DNA of 64,000 bases from Rhodosorus marinus CCMP1338 (Eukaryota > Plantae > Rhodophyta). The position numbers were made by a program, and so were the translations under genes. The notes under the pieces are model-generated. The model ran no database searches and was not told the origin of the DNA. It saw only the letters and a program-made list of their open reading frames with translations. The stretch covers positions 124,001-188,000 of the forward strand of contig JAMWBK010000005.1 of NCBI GenBank assembly GCA_029953675.1. The letters are read 5' to 3'. This document shows positions 30,051 to 41,759 of the stretch, one piece after another. The first letter of the stretch is position 1; every line of letters begins with the position of its first letter.

Positions 30051-33000
30051 CACGTCTCTCAGCTCCTCACTCCTGTGCAGTAGGTGTTTGCAGCTGTCGC
30101 GGAGGAACTCTTGTGCCATTTGCCCCGTACGCCCAAACTTCTCTATCGCTATCGGGATGAACTTATCATCCGGTTTCTCGATCACCATCGCTTCTTTGTA
30201 GTGAGCGATTTTCCACTTCTCCGCAGCTCTCGCCGCGTATCCGCTATCATCTTGGCTCCGCCGCAAATATTTTCCCTGTAATGGTGACACCACCGTCACA
30301 TCCAGCGCATACCTTTGTTTGGTCCTCGGATGCCTAGCAACGATATCAGGTCGCAGTCCGTAGTTCTCGAAGTACCCCTCAGGTTCTTGCTCTACGTCCA
30401 TGAAGTTCCATCGCCTTAGCCACCGTGTCAGCTCTCTGCAGATTTCGTCATGCCGACGTTGCCACAGTCCAGTTGATGTTGGGCAGTGATGAAACCGTTG
30501 TACCCCAGTCCTTCCGTGTTTACTCCGGCAACTAGTGCACTTCTCGGTGGTCCGCAATCCCGGAATTGGCAGACCCAGCAGTTGTCGAACGTTTACCTGC
30601 ATCTCAACCGCACTCAATTTTTCGGTGTCAGCGTTGGTATTTCACGTAGCCAGACTCCCGACCCGGATCCCGCGGCAGACCGTATTCGAGCTCGGTTTTC
30701 AGGGGAGATTCGTGGGTTGGTGACCAGCGTTTGGAATGCACAATGGTGTGCCTCTCGAGAGAGGGTTTGTTGTATTGAACCATTATTCCAAGCTGCAGTC
30801 TCGCCCGGGGCGCTTCGAAGAGATGTTTCTCGCGGTTGTTGCAGGGTAGTCAGTGCCAAGATCCGCGGCGGGGTTTCTGGTCCGAGCCTCCGTTGTATTG
30901 CTCGCGACGATGCACAGATCTGGTCCGCCAGCTGTGCAGTCGACCATCGTTGATCCATCGGCTCGTATGTGTCTGGTGAGCGTTCTGCCGTAACCTCCCG
31001 CTCTAGTTCAGTCAGGTATGGCCATTCATCTTCATTGTTCCGGAAGGTGTTTCTCCATGACGAGTAAAACGCGATGGGTTGGACGCGCTTTCGAGTAGCG
31101 AAACCCAAACCTCCCCAGCGGCAGGGCAGAGCGATTTGGTCCGAGATCAGCTCTGCGTAGTCCTCGTCCTCTACAGCTGTCGTAGCGAGGCCGCCGAATA
31201 GAATTTCCAGGTGATATCTGGTCATCACGTCGGCCTCGCGTGCCAGATTTCTTCCAAACTCGTATGCGAGGCATCGTAGCACATAGTCTAGTCGCGTTTC
31301 TGCACAGAACCTGAAGAGGACAATTTGCGTGGTAAGCTCCGGTTGTGGGAGCTTGGCAATTTCATCAAAGAGTTTCTCATGCTTATTTTGCAACCCCCGG
31401 CACTCCTGTTCGATATGTTCTCGGCTGCCTATCGGTATCGAGTGGATGGTGACTCCGTCTCTGGTCACTTGCACTCCAGGAATCTCATGGTTGACCACTC
31501 GCGTGGTAGTCAGTGTTCGCCCGTACACAGTGCACTTGCCGAGTTGCAGGCGTGCTCCAACAGAGGGGAGCACAGTTTTTGCCCATGCCAGGGACGCCTT
31601 CACGGCTTGTAGCGACCCGACAATCGTGATATCGTCGTGGATAGCAACAATCGTTTCGTTGGGGAACTTGGCTCGCAACGCTCTTAGAAAGGGCGCCAGG
31701 GATAGTGCATGTAGCACCGGCCCCAGTGGATCTCCCTGTTGGACTCCTGTAGTTGCTTGGAGAGTCAGGCGAGAGGTGTCGGTTTCGTTCTGTCCCGGGG
31801 AAGATCGCCAGCCACAGAGCGTCGGTGAGTCCGCGTTGTCGCTTCCATAGCCAAGTCTATATACTGGTGCAAGCTCCGGCAAGTGTTTGTCCACCAGTTG
31901 CTTGGCAAGGCGTCGGTCGATGCGATTAAAGGCATTCTCTAAGTCTAGCCGAAGGACCACCGGCCGAAGGACCACCGAATCGGGTTCGCATGACAAATGG
32001 GCCTGGATCGCGTGAAGTGAGCGTTCGCACCCGCCACTTACTCCAATACCCAGTTGTAAGGGCACCAGGAGCTCACGCACCCTGTCCATAACCGCGTGAA
32101 GAGTCTATTGCGTTGCTACCTTGCGCAAAACTTCTGGTACTCCGATAGGGCGAACTCCGGGATGCTCCTGCGGCACTGAACCCTTGTTAGGCTTCGCGAA
32201 CGGCAGGAGTCGACTACTGCGAAGGGCGCGGGTCAGAGCCGGGGAAAATTTCTCAGGAGCGGTCGCCAGTTGTCGCAATACACGAATCAACGCCACTTGC
32301 GTCGGTTGAGTTGCACCTTGGAGGTGTTCCGCTCGGAGACCGCTAGGACCTGGGCTCTTGCCCTGAGGAAGACGTGCCGCGATCGACATGAGGCCCTCGT
32401 CGGCAGCTTTTCTTGAATCCCACCGCCGCTTTAGTGTTTCGGTATTCAGAGCGAGCAAAGATTGCAGGGCGTGTGCAATCTCGTCTGGTGAGTCACCTTC
32501 CGCCGGGTTGGGAAAGAGCGCTTGTAGTTGTCTCCACGTAGCCGCGGTAAAAGGTGCCATTTCGGTGGCCTGTAGGCTCCGAGCTGCATCTGAAAGGCGG
32601 CCAAGGTGTGCTAGTTTCAGCGCTCGCTTGTGGCGCCCGAGATGTTTGCGTCGAACCGCTTCAGCTCCTTGCGGTGCGGTAGTATGCGACAGCATAGACG
32701 CCTTGTCCTCTAGAGCGCTCCAGACCGTAGAGAATTCTCCTTCAAGCACATGCGATACCTGCATGCCAACATCAAGTGCAGAGTGTCCAAGGACCAGGCC
32801 TGGAAGTCCGACAAGAAGCAGGCTGGCGTTTGTTGGTGCGGTGCTGTCCATAGAGAGCTCTAATGCAGCACGGAAGAGGCAGCTCCATGTTTGAACCTGG
32901 GCGCGTGGCACAAATCGCCGTGTGGGAACCGGGCTGTGTATAAGGCGCGTCCACTGCCTGCCTCCTTCCGTGACGTCGTCGACGAAGACGCTCCACCGCC

Positions 33001-34470
33001 TGATCCAGTCTTGACGATCCGAGAAGAACAGAGGCTCGTCGCGGCGTCGTTTGATTCCCCTACGTCTGCTCGGCATTATTGCGCTGGGTTTTCCTGGCTC
33101 TCCTGCGTGTCCATCGCGTGATGGTTGCCGTCAAGGGCAACCTGTGTCACAGTGGTATCCGGTGGAGTCTCCACGGCTGCCGGAGTCATCTCAGTATCCG
33201 GTCCGGTTCCATCGGCGGATACTCGCGAGCGCTTCTGTTGAGGTGGCTCCGGAAGGTTGCAGAGGAGCTCCGCATGGGGATTGTCCTCGTGTGCTGCGTT
33301 CTCAGGTACTTGGGAAGTCGCGCTAGTCTCAACCTGGGCGTCAACTGTCCCACGGTCTGCCTGTACATCCCCTGGAAGGGACGAGGCTTCAGGGTCTGCG
33401 TTCGAAGCGGCTGCAGGCCCAGGGGGTTCCGCGCATTCCCCGGGTACCTCAGGCGGATGTTGTCTGCCTTTTAGGAGCTCTAGTCGTGCCTCAAGAAACT
33501 CGTAGAGCGCTGCGAGAGCGTGGAAGGAGAGTTGTCGCCTGCGGATCCTCGAACGAATGCGGACAAGCTGCTCGATGGCCCGCTTCAGCGTGTGGGCAGC
33601 GATATCCCCGGGAGCGATGGTCTGACGTTCGAGGTAACCCAGAAGGTTGTCTGGGTCCAGCGCCTGGCCAGTGTAAAGGCTTACTTGTCTATCGGCGTGT
33701 CGTTGTGTGAAGGATCCGAATATCCCAGTCCGGAAAACTCCTCGGGAGATGGCACTTTGGAGAATCGGAATTGCGTCTGGATGGCACAGCAGGCAGGCAT
33801 GGGAGGCAATAAAGTCCACATGCACCACATTAGAGCTTGGCATACCAAGTGCTCTGCAAAGAACCGTTGCAAAGTCCGCAGAGGCCACCTCATCCAGCCT
33901 TGGGGGTCGGACATTCCGTAGCGTCGCGAGGACTGGAGCAACATCGGGTCCCCAGCCAGACCCCCCCGACCGTAGCGTGCAGTTGCCGTAGGGCAGCCTG
34001 TTGGGTCTGGGGTCCAGGGCGTCCACAAGTTCTGGAACGAGCATCTCCTCCTCTCGCTGGTTCTTTTTATGCTGCGAAATCGGCGAAGGTTGGCCTTGTA
34101 GGGCCCTCCCCGATGGCTGGGAATGTCTCCGCATAGTGTCCTAGATCCCGGACACCTGTCCCTCCCTGGGGCGCAGGGAGCCGGGTTCCTAAATCATGGA
34201 CGGCATAACTTCCTGGCAGACGACCGTTACGGTAACGGGTTTCGGGGCCGAGGTGGTTGCCTACGGCCTGTCGCGGGAGATCTCGCGGGAGATCATGCGG
34301 AGATGGTGCAGAATTCGTAGTAGCGGCTCCACCTTCCCACATACCCGGTTTCCGGGACAACTCCGTAAGGCGTCCGGTGACACCTTGCAGCTCTTGCGAG
34401 CTGTTGACCCTCGAGTACAGTTGAAAAACGGCTTTGTAGAAGTCTGTAATTTCGGACGCAGCGATGCCCA
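30051..34470 (-). mobile_element. Near-full-length family-A element: ORF1 (33076-34470) and ORF2 (33076 to ~30055) with a few disablements
   Basis: PGPSGLRAE, VRPIGVPE, LDLENAFNRI, GVQQGDPLGP, AIHDD, RLE motifs; stop at 32105, frameshift ~30615; TAATG stop-start at 33074-33078. Confidence 0.9.
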
Positions 34471-36151
34471 GCCCTCACGGAGAAAGTCTTGGGTCATCTG
34501 CCCTGTTCTGCCGAAGGTTTCTATCGCAATAGGAATCAGTTTGTCATCTGGATGCTCTGTCGCCATCGCCTCCTTGTAGTGTGCAAGTTTCCAACGCTCC
34601 GCCTGTTTTGCTGCATAACCATTGTTGTCTTTGCTGTTGGCTAGGTGTCTCGCCTGTAGGGGTGACACCACCGTCACATCGATCGCAAATCGTTGCCAGG
34701 TTCGACGGTGTATAACTACCAAGTCAGGTCGTAGATTCGAGTTCGTGAAGTAGTCTGTAGGTTCTTGCTGAACATCTCTGAGCTGCCATCTGTTAAGCCA
34801 GCGCGCCAGCTCAGTGCAGAGCTCATCATGTCGCCGTTGCCAGAGCCCAGTCGAGGTCTGACAATGATGGAATCTTTGTACACCGTTCGTACGGTGTGTA
34901 CTATTGCACGTAGTACACCTCTCCGTCGTCCGCAGTCCCGGAATCGGGAGGCCCAGCAATTGTCGGATATTCAGGTGCATGCCTCTCCCACTCAATTTTC
35001 GGGGTCCGAATTGTGGCAAATCTCTTAGCCAGACGCCTGAACCTGCTCCTGCAGCGGAACGGATTCGGGCACGATGTTCCGGGTCGAGTAAGGGATCCGT
35101 GACCAGTCGGGTGAAAGCAGTAAGGTGTGCCTCTCTTGAGAGGGTCTGTGGTAAGGAACCTTGCTTCACCGCAGACTGGTCAGGGGGGGAATTTGCTGCA
35201 GGGGCAGCAGTCAGGTACGTGGGGTTGAGGAGCTGTCTTATTCGGGGGCTGGTTTCCGGTCTCAGTCTCCCCCTAATGGCTGTAGTTGCCACTAGGATTT
35301 GGGAGGGGAGGTCGTCAGTAGAGCGGTGTAGTGTCATCGGGGGGTTGAGCAGCTGTGGTGTAGCTTCCTGGGTGCGTTCTAACAATTTTTGTAGGTGGGG
35401 CCAATAGCCCTTGTTAGCTGCAAAGGTTTGCATCCAACCTGTGTAGAAAGAAATAGGTTGGATGCGCCTTCTAGTGCAGAAGCCCAGTCCCCCCCATCGG
35501 CAGGGGAGTGCTACCTGCTTCCAAACCGGGTGCGTTCTATCAGGGTCGTCCGCATGGGCTGTTTGTAGACAGCCTAGTAGCCTTTCCAACTGTAGTCGTG
35601 TGTTGTAGTCCGCTTCTCGTGCTAAACTTCTGCCGTAGTGGTAAGCCACTGTCCTTAGGGTGTAGTCAAGTCTCGTTTCCGAGCAGTATCGGAACAGCGC
35701 CAGTTGTGTGTTGAGCTCTTCAGGAGGCAGATGGGCGATCTCTTTGCCCAGTGTTTCATGCTTGTTTTGTAGTGTTCTCAAAGCTTCTTCCACATATTTT
35801 CTCGTCCCAATGGGAATGGAGTGTATGGTTACTCCTTCGCGAGAAACATTGAGGTCCGGCATGTATCTGGTAACCAGTCGAGGGGATGCTATGTGGTAGC
35901 CGAATAGGGTGCACTTTTGAGGCTGTAGTTCCGCCCCAATGGTAGGGAGGGCATTTTGACTCCACAGTAGGGCATCTTTCAGGGACTCCAGGGGGCCCAC
36001 GAGCGTGATATCGTCATGGATGGCGACAGTAGTCAGCTCAGGGTATTTCTGCCGCAGTGCTTCGAGAAAAGGCGCCAGTGAGAGGGCGTGTAAGGCAGGT
36101 CCCAAAGGATCTCCTTGTTGTACTCCCGTCTGCGCTTGTAGGTGTAGGCGA
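34471..36151 (-). mobile_element. Family-D element fragment (RT C-terminal half + RLE), frame intact
   Basis: ORF 34261-36105 with GVQQGDPLG, AIHDD, HHCQTSTGLWQRRHDE, RPDL, IDVTVVSP; 5' junction abuts the telomere-like repeat. Confidence 0.9.
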
Positions 36152-36190
36152 TAACCCCAGACTAACGTAACCCCAGACTAACGTAACCCC
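36152..36190. repeat. 2.4 perfect tandem copies of CCCCAGACTAACGTAA
   Basis: taaccccagactaacgtaaccccagactaacgtaacccc defines the 16-bp period. Confidence 0.9.
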
Positions 36191-36194
36191 TATT

Positions 36195-36270
36195 GGCCGA
36201 AGTTGGCGGTATAACAGGTTCAAGATCCGTGGATGTCGGCGGGTTTGGGCGCGTTTCACAGCGTTCGTGC
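36195..36270 (-). mobile_element. Short family-B-like fragment
   Basis: Encodes RRHPRILNLLYRQLRP, cf. family-B RRHTRILNLLYRELRP. Confidence 0.65.
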
Positions 36271-36622
36271 AGAAAACAAGACTTCGACCTTTCAAACGTT
36301 CTAGAATCTAGGGAAACCTTTCTCTAACTGTTGTTTTACCCGCAGCAGGACTCTCGGAGAGCCTGGGACAGAGGAGTATCTGGTTTCAGCGGAAAGCTCC
36401 CTGCAGTGCCCATGTTGACACTGATTGGAGCTTGAACCGCAAAGCATATATCAGAGACAATTGGATGAAAGAATATCGGCTGTCCAAGCTCCGTGGTGTG
36501 GAGCTATGGAGAAAGCAAGCAAGGATCTAACAGTTAAAACCCAGAAAATTTTCTATTTATGAGTCCATAAATTGTAGTCGCACCAAGTTGATACCAATAG
36601 GAACATTGCGGTTCACAGTAAT

Positions 36623-39298
36623 TTATCTCCGTCGAACGATGGTCGGGGTAATTTTCTCGGCAAGCTCGGATTTAACATCGTTCCAGAGTATGGAAATGGC
36701 TTGCCCTCTGCTCGTAGCGTTGGACATGTCGATGGTCTTTGTCTGAGAGATCGTGACAACGGGTCCAGAGAAGGTTCCGTCAGAGCCAATAGACTTGGCG
36801 CTGCAGGTGACGGATACTGGCATAAAGTTGGTCCCAGAAACCATCTGGTCCCTTTCTAGTTCACGAGAGCACTTAAAGTCGGCAGAGCTAAGTAGATCCT
36901 CCTTGGTAATTGAAGCACCGAACATGGCGTCTTTGTGTTGGCTATAGGTAGCCTGGAATGCTTCCTCGGCGACTTCTGTAGCGTTGTACTTTCCAATAAC
37001 CTCCTTGGCATTCTCGAGCGCGGCCTTGACGCATTCCTCGTCCGAGGTAGTTCCTACGGTTCTGGTCGTCTCACTGACCTTAATACCGAGGAAGTACTTC
37101 TTCACAGTCTTCTTGACCAGCAGTATGTCGCAGCCGTACTCGTCCTTGTCGTTCGTCTTTGAGTAACTGAAGCTACTCCTCTCCTTATAGAATACTTCGG
37201 CAACGTCGTTGGCGATGTTGCTGAGCTCGTTGATGATATCGTTTAAGGCCCTCTCGATTTTGTTTCCAGCCCGCCGCAGGGCATTCACCGCATCGTTCAT
37301 CGGTAGACAGCAATCATTGCATCCGGCGATGGATAGAATGACACCATCTCCTGGGCAAGAGAACTGTTTTCCGAGAAAGTCTGCGGCCTTCTCGAGCTCC
37401 TTTCCGAGGTTGTTGAAAGCGTCCTCGGCATCATCGACAATACCCTTTCCAAAACCGGAGATCTCATGAATAGCGTCGGTCGCGAGATCAGCGATGGAGT
37501 CACCGAAATCATTGAACGCGGTGTCGCACCACTTGGCCCAGTTTTCGAGCTCGTCCTTGATGTCGGTTCCAATGCTGAGCGCGCCTTTCTCGATCAGTTT
37601 AGCGGTAGCCTTCAGGTTCTCCTCGGAGAAGGCGCTGACAGTACCCTCAAAAGCATCCTCGAAAGCAGCTCCGATGGTGTTTCCAATATCGTTGAAGAAC
37701 TCATCAGTCTCCTTGATGATCCATAGGACTCCCTCCGCGATCGCCTCGCCGATGGCTTCGAAGAACTTGGTGTTGAACTCGCCTGAAACCGAGCACTTCA
37801 GCGACGAATAGTCGGTCTTGCACTCAATGGTGACGTAACCCAGGAAGTCGAATAGCAACGGTACGTTGAGTACGAGTGCAGTATGATCCGTGTTCGCGGT
37901 GAACCCAAACGCGAAGTTGTCCGATGCCCCGACGTCAAAGTTTTTGAGGAGGTCCTTCGAGTCGATTTTGAAGGGAATCCAGTCGAACAGGTCGAGGATG
38001 CTTCCAACGAATTGAAGAGTATACTCCAAAAGCCCTTTGAGCACGGCAGGAACGGCATTGCTTCCGATGAACGCGTAAATTCCGGGCTTGAGGACCATGT
38101 CCGTGTATTCGTCTCCTGGTGGGGTCACTGCTCCGGTGGTGAAGAACATGTTCATCTGTCCCAAGGTCATCGAGTTGGAGTTCGGAAGGATCTTCTGCAG
38201 CGCCTTGACGGCAGAGAATTTGAACTTCATTTTGAGCTCAATGATCAGAGCGGCCTGGATCGTCACATCTGTAATTGAGTCAAGCAGGTCGAGCATGTCG
38301 GTATCCCAACCTTCGGAATCGGTGCCGGGCACGAACGACTTGACTGTGTTCTCAAACTTGACATTTTCAATTCCCTTCACAGAGATAATTCGTTTCTGTC
38401 CGCCGGAAAGGTCGATCACCTTCGGCAGCTTGAACTTTTCTAGCTTCAGCTTCAAACGGATGGAGTCTTGGTAGATGCCGTGGATCTCGTAGGTGATGAA
38501 CTTGTACTTTCTGGGTTCCTGCCCGGTGTAAACGTAGGCCTTGGTAACGAGCGAGTTGCTCAGGGAGAATCCAAAGGTGATAAAATCGAGGCCATAGGAT
38601 GCGACCTTGGTAAGACCGGCGGTGATTCCTCCGTCAAGGGCCACCATATTCTGTCCAAGGCACTCGAGAGCGATAGCGTTGATGGCGACTGCGACAGAGG
38701 GAAGTCCGGTGTCGGGGCAGATACTGACGGCCGCACAAAATGCTGCAGTCCCGTTCCCGGCCGTAAGACATCCTGGGAACGGTGTAGTAATCGCGAACGC
38801 GAATACAGACCACTCTGATCCCTTCAAAACAGGCAGCTCTTTGCACTTGTTGAACAACATAGGGTCTTGATCGATGTCCATCTTCGCCTTGAGCTCACCG
38901 CCTTCGAAGTTTCCGAAGCAGATGTTATTGTTCGCCCTGTCAGTAAGCATCTGCAGGGTAGCCTTGATCGATGCCTGGGTGGGATCGATGATGCTTCTCA
39001 TAATGTCCACCGCTTGGGAATCCGAGTTGGCCGAGTTAGCTACGCCATACTCACTCAGACTGCCAGGGAGCGTCAACACGTCTCCGAGCTTCACGCAGTT
39101 GGATTTTATTCCCGGGATCCGATTCAGCTGCAGGAATTCCGGGAGCGGGCCTACACCATCACATTCTGCCTGTCTGCTTACCGCGTTGAGATGCTCCGGA
39201 AGCACTGAGCTCTCATGCTGGCTGCTAGGTACTGCATCCGAGACGCTAAGCAGTGCCAACACCGAAAGCATACACCACGAAGCGCTTCTGAAAGTCAT
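36623..39298 (-). CDS. 891-aa secreted protein of unknown function
   Basis: Single long ORF, hydrophobic signal peptide MTFRSASWCMLSVLALLSVSDA, Cys-rich N- and C-regions, amphipathic helical stretch, strong C/G third-position bias. Confidence 0.85.
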   Translation of the reverse strand: MTFRSASWCMLSVLALLSVSDAVPSSQHESSVLPEHLNAVSRQAECDGVGPLPEFLQLNRIPGIKSNCVKLGDVLTLPGSLSEYGVANSANSDSQAVDIMRSIIDPTQASIKATLQMLTDRANNNICFGNFEGGELKAKMDIDQDPMLFNKCKELPVLKGSEWSVFAFAITTPFPGCLTAGNGTAAFCAAVSICPDTGLPSVAVAINAIALECLGQNMVALDGGITAGLTKVASYGLDFITFGFSLSNSLVTKAYVYTGQEPRKYKFITYEIHGIYQDSIRLKLKLEKFKLPKVIDLSGGQKRIISVKGIENVKFENTVKSFVPGTDSEGWDTDMLDLLDSITDVTIQAALIIELKMKFKFSAVKALQKILPNSNSMTLGQMNMFFTTGAVTPPGDEYTDMVLKPGIYAFIGSNAVPAVLKGLLEYTLQFVGSILDLFDWIPFKIDSKDLLKNFDVGASDNFAFGFTANTDHTALVLNVPLLFDFLGYVTIECKTDYSSLKCSVSGEFNTKFFEAIGEAIAEGVLWIIKETDEFFNDIGNTIGAAFEDAFEGTVSAFSEENLKATAKLIEKGALSIGTDIKDELENWAKWCDTAFNDFGDSIADLATDAIHEISGFGKGIVDDAEDAFNNLGKELEKAADFLGKQFSCPGDGVILSIAGCNDCCLPMNDAVNALRRAGNKIERALNDIINELSNIANDVAEVFYKERSSFSYSKTNDKDEYGCDILLVKKTVKKYFLGIKVSETTRTVGTTSDEECVKAALENAKEVIGKYNATEVAEEAFQATYSQHKDAMFGASITKEDLLSSADFKCSRELERDQMVSGTNFMPVSVTCSAKSIGSDGTFSGPVVTISQTKTIDMSNATSRGQAISILWNDVKSELAEKITPTIVRRR

Positions 39299-40707
39299 TG
39301 ATTCTTGTTTGTTCGCTAAGAAAACTCAAAGTCTTCCGTTGCCACTACTACCTCAGCCTCTTTGGTTTCTGTAGTTGCATTCTTGTCACCTCATGTCTGA
39401 AGTACTTCTGATGCCGCTAGCGACGGAGGTGCTCATATACCCATTGTCGATCGGTCCACGCAGACCATTTTCGCTACTGACCTGAAAAAGTCTCCACCCC
39501 ATTGTTCTGATCACAGAGATAGTCCCAAAGTCTCCACTAGAGCAAGAAAACAAGACCGGAGAACTGTAAACAGAGCCTCCACCTATAGCAATATCAAGAG
39601 CAATACATCCAAAAGAGGTTCTAGATGAAGAAAGCTTGAGTTCAGCGCTTTAGCGGGAACAATTCCTCAGAATCTCCTTTGCCAGGGTTACCTCAGTGCC
39701 TGCATCATGGTAGAACATTACCAGGCTCCAAAACTATTATTCGGGAAGAAGTTGCAGGTGAAAGCCATTTGGAGAGGACACCAAATGGCTAGCCTGAGTT
39801 CTAGTCAGGATTGACAGTGGGGGTTGCTGAACTACCAGACATCTCAGCTCTGTGCTTTCTCCTCTTTTCAATACGATTCCAAAGGAGATCATTTCCGGTA
39901 GTGCAAGATGATTCTACTCGTACGGAATATTCCCCACGACGAGAAAATTAGCGAGCCTGAAATAGTCAGTATCCACGGAACCAGATTCTGATCCCGTTTG
40001 CTCAAAGCGTTTATCTAAGAACGGAATGAGGTTCCAGGAAAGCAGAGAAACGAGGAATAGTGCGGGAAAGAACTTGAGCACCGTCGTACCAGAAAACGAA
40101 CTAGACTCCAAAGACACCACAGTAGTACCGCCCATTTTTTTTAATGGCTTGTGAATCCACCTATCCAGTAAAACGCCGGTACAAACCTTGGTAAGAATTG
40201 AAGTGGCTGAGGAGAGATGGTCTCCAAAACAACAGCAGTTCAGTACACAGCTTCTAGATCGGCTATAAAATTATTGTCGTTCTTCACCAGGCTCACATCC
40301 ACAGTATGAGTGAGATGCGGACGGTTCTTCCGATCTCGGCTCATCCAGCAACCAAATTCTAGAATCTGTCCATATCACATTCCAAGGACCGTTCTAGCCC
40401 ATCCGGGGGACATCCGCGTGTGTTCGAGGAAAAGGCCTGAGCGGAACCAGCGCATCTCTAAACCGTTCTCTTAGTACCATCAAACCTCCGCATACTAGAA
40501 CTGACCGCTACTTAGCATCTACATAAGAGGAAAAAAGTCACGTTCCCCCTCCATCAGCGCATCCCACTCTAGTCCATTCCAAGCACCCCAGCTCAACCCC
40601 ATTTGAGAAGATAAAAACCCCAAGTTTCTAGTATGGTCGATTTCTATTGGATACTAAACGTGCTTTCTGTTTAGTACCGATAGTAAAAATATGCTTCTTG
40701 TTCAGAA

Positions 40708-41010
40708 GGAATTGGTTTAATCGGAGTCTGAAGAAAAAACCCCGACGGGAAAAAAAAGACTAAGCGCGGCGAAGATCGCGCGCCTCCGACATCAACGCAG
40801 CGTACGCCACAGCAATTAATTTAAAACGGGTAAATAACGAGGTCAGACGGTCAGGGCGGTCGCGGAACACTTCCCGAGGCCAACGAGAACCAACGGAATC
40901 CCGAAACCCAAAGCGCTCAATGACCAGAGGTGTACCAGGCGATGAGTTAGAGCCGAAGCACGAGTGTCCGGGGAAGACAAAACCCCAGCATATTTCAACT
41001 CAGAAACGCT
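40708..41010 (-). mobile_element. Degenerate family-B 3' end
   Basis: gaattggtttaatcggagtctgaagaaaaaaccccgacgggaaaaaaaagactaagcgcggcg; translates EIKYAG..SSP..RASAL.HRLV. Confidence 0.75.
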
Positions 41011-41155
41011 CGCTTCCTGTTTAGAATGAATTGGTTTAGTCCTGTTCGACAAGTGTTTCTTTTTTAGGAAATGCTTCGTATTTTTATTGAATTACAATTA
41101 AGAGGGATGTTCTAAAACTAGTTTGTCTCAGTTGGTAGTGGATTTTGCTGGGCGA

Positions 41156-41591
41156 AAATGAGCTGATGGTTGCTTGCCCGTGCCTGGTCTGGATTCCGCT
41201 TGGCTAAATGAGCTGATGGTTGCTTGCCACTTGCCTGGTCTTACGCGGGCGAGCTACGGTATGAGAATCATTCAAGAAAAAGGGCGGTAGCGGCGATTTT
41301 CGGTTTACATTCTACTAGAATATTGCCAAAAAGTAACATTGGACTGGCATCGGAGTACGGGTTAACGCTTTATGAGTGAATCATTTTGTGAAGCAGTATC
41401 TTTGCCCGGAGGGAAGGGATTCATTCCGCTCCTCCCTTCCCTCCCCTCCCCCTTGTGTGAACTCAGCTAAGCTAATGGTGCTTCCCCTCCCCTCCCCGAG
41501 TTTACAGTTACGCTAAGACTTCGGGTGAACTCAGCAAAGCTAATGGTGCTTCCCCCTCCTCTCCACGAGTTTACAGTTACGCTAAGACTTC
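41156..41591. repeat. Two local direct repeats (~50-bp period at 41156-41241; ~67-bp period at 41458-41591)
   Basis: aaatgagctgatggttgcttgcc x2; gtgaactcagc...gagtttacagttacgctaagactt x2. Confidence 0.8.
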
Positions 41592-41759
41592 TTGGCAGGG
41601 GCTTGTTCAGATCTCCCTCGTCCTGCCGTAAGGTGCTTGTCCGGAGCTAATGTGCTTTCTTGTTTTAAGAATTTTTTCGTAGCGATCTCTCCGAATGGGA
41701 CAACCTATAGGAATCCATTGAGGGACATTCACCTTTGCGCTATTTATTGAAATCCCTTT

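Noticed and set aside
545-36190. CRISPR array (short repeat with variable spacers)
   Set aside because: Eukaryotic context, spacers are retroelement pieces of 30 bp to 5 kb, repeat is 16 bp and no cas genes are present.
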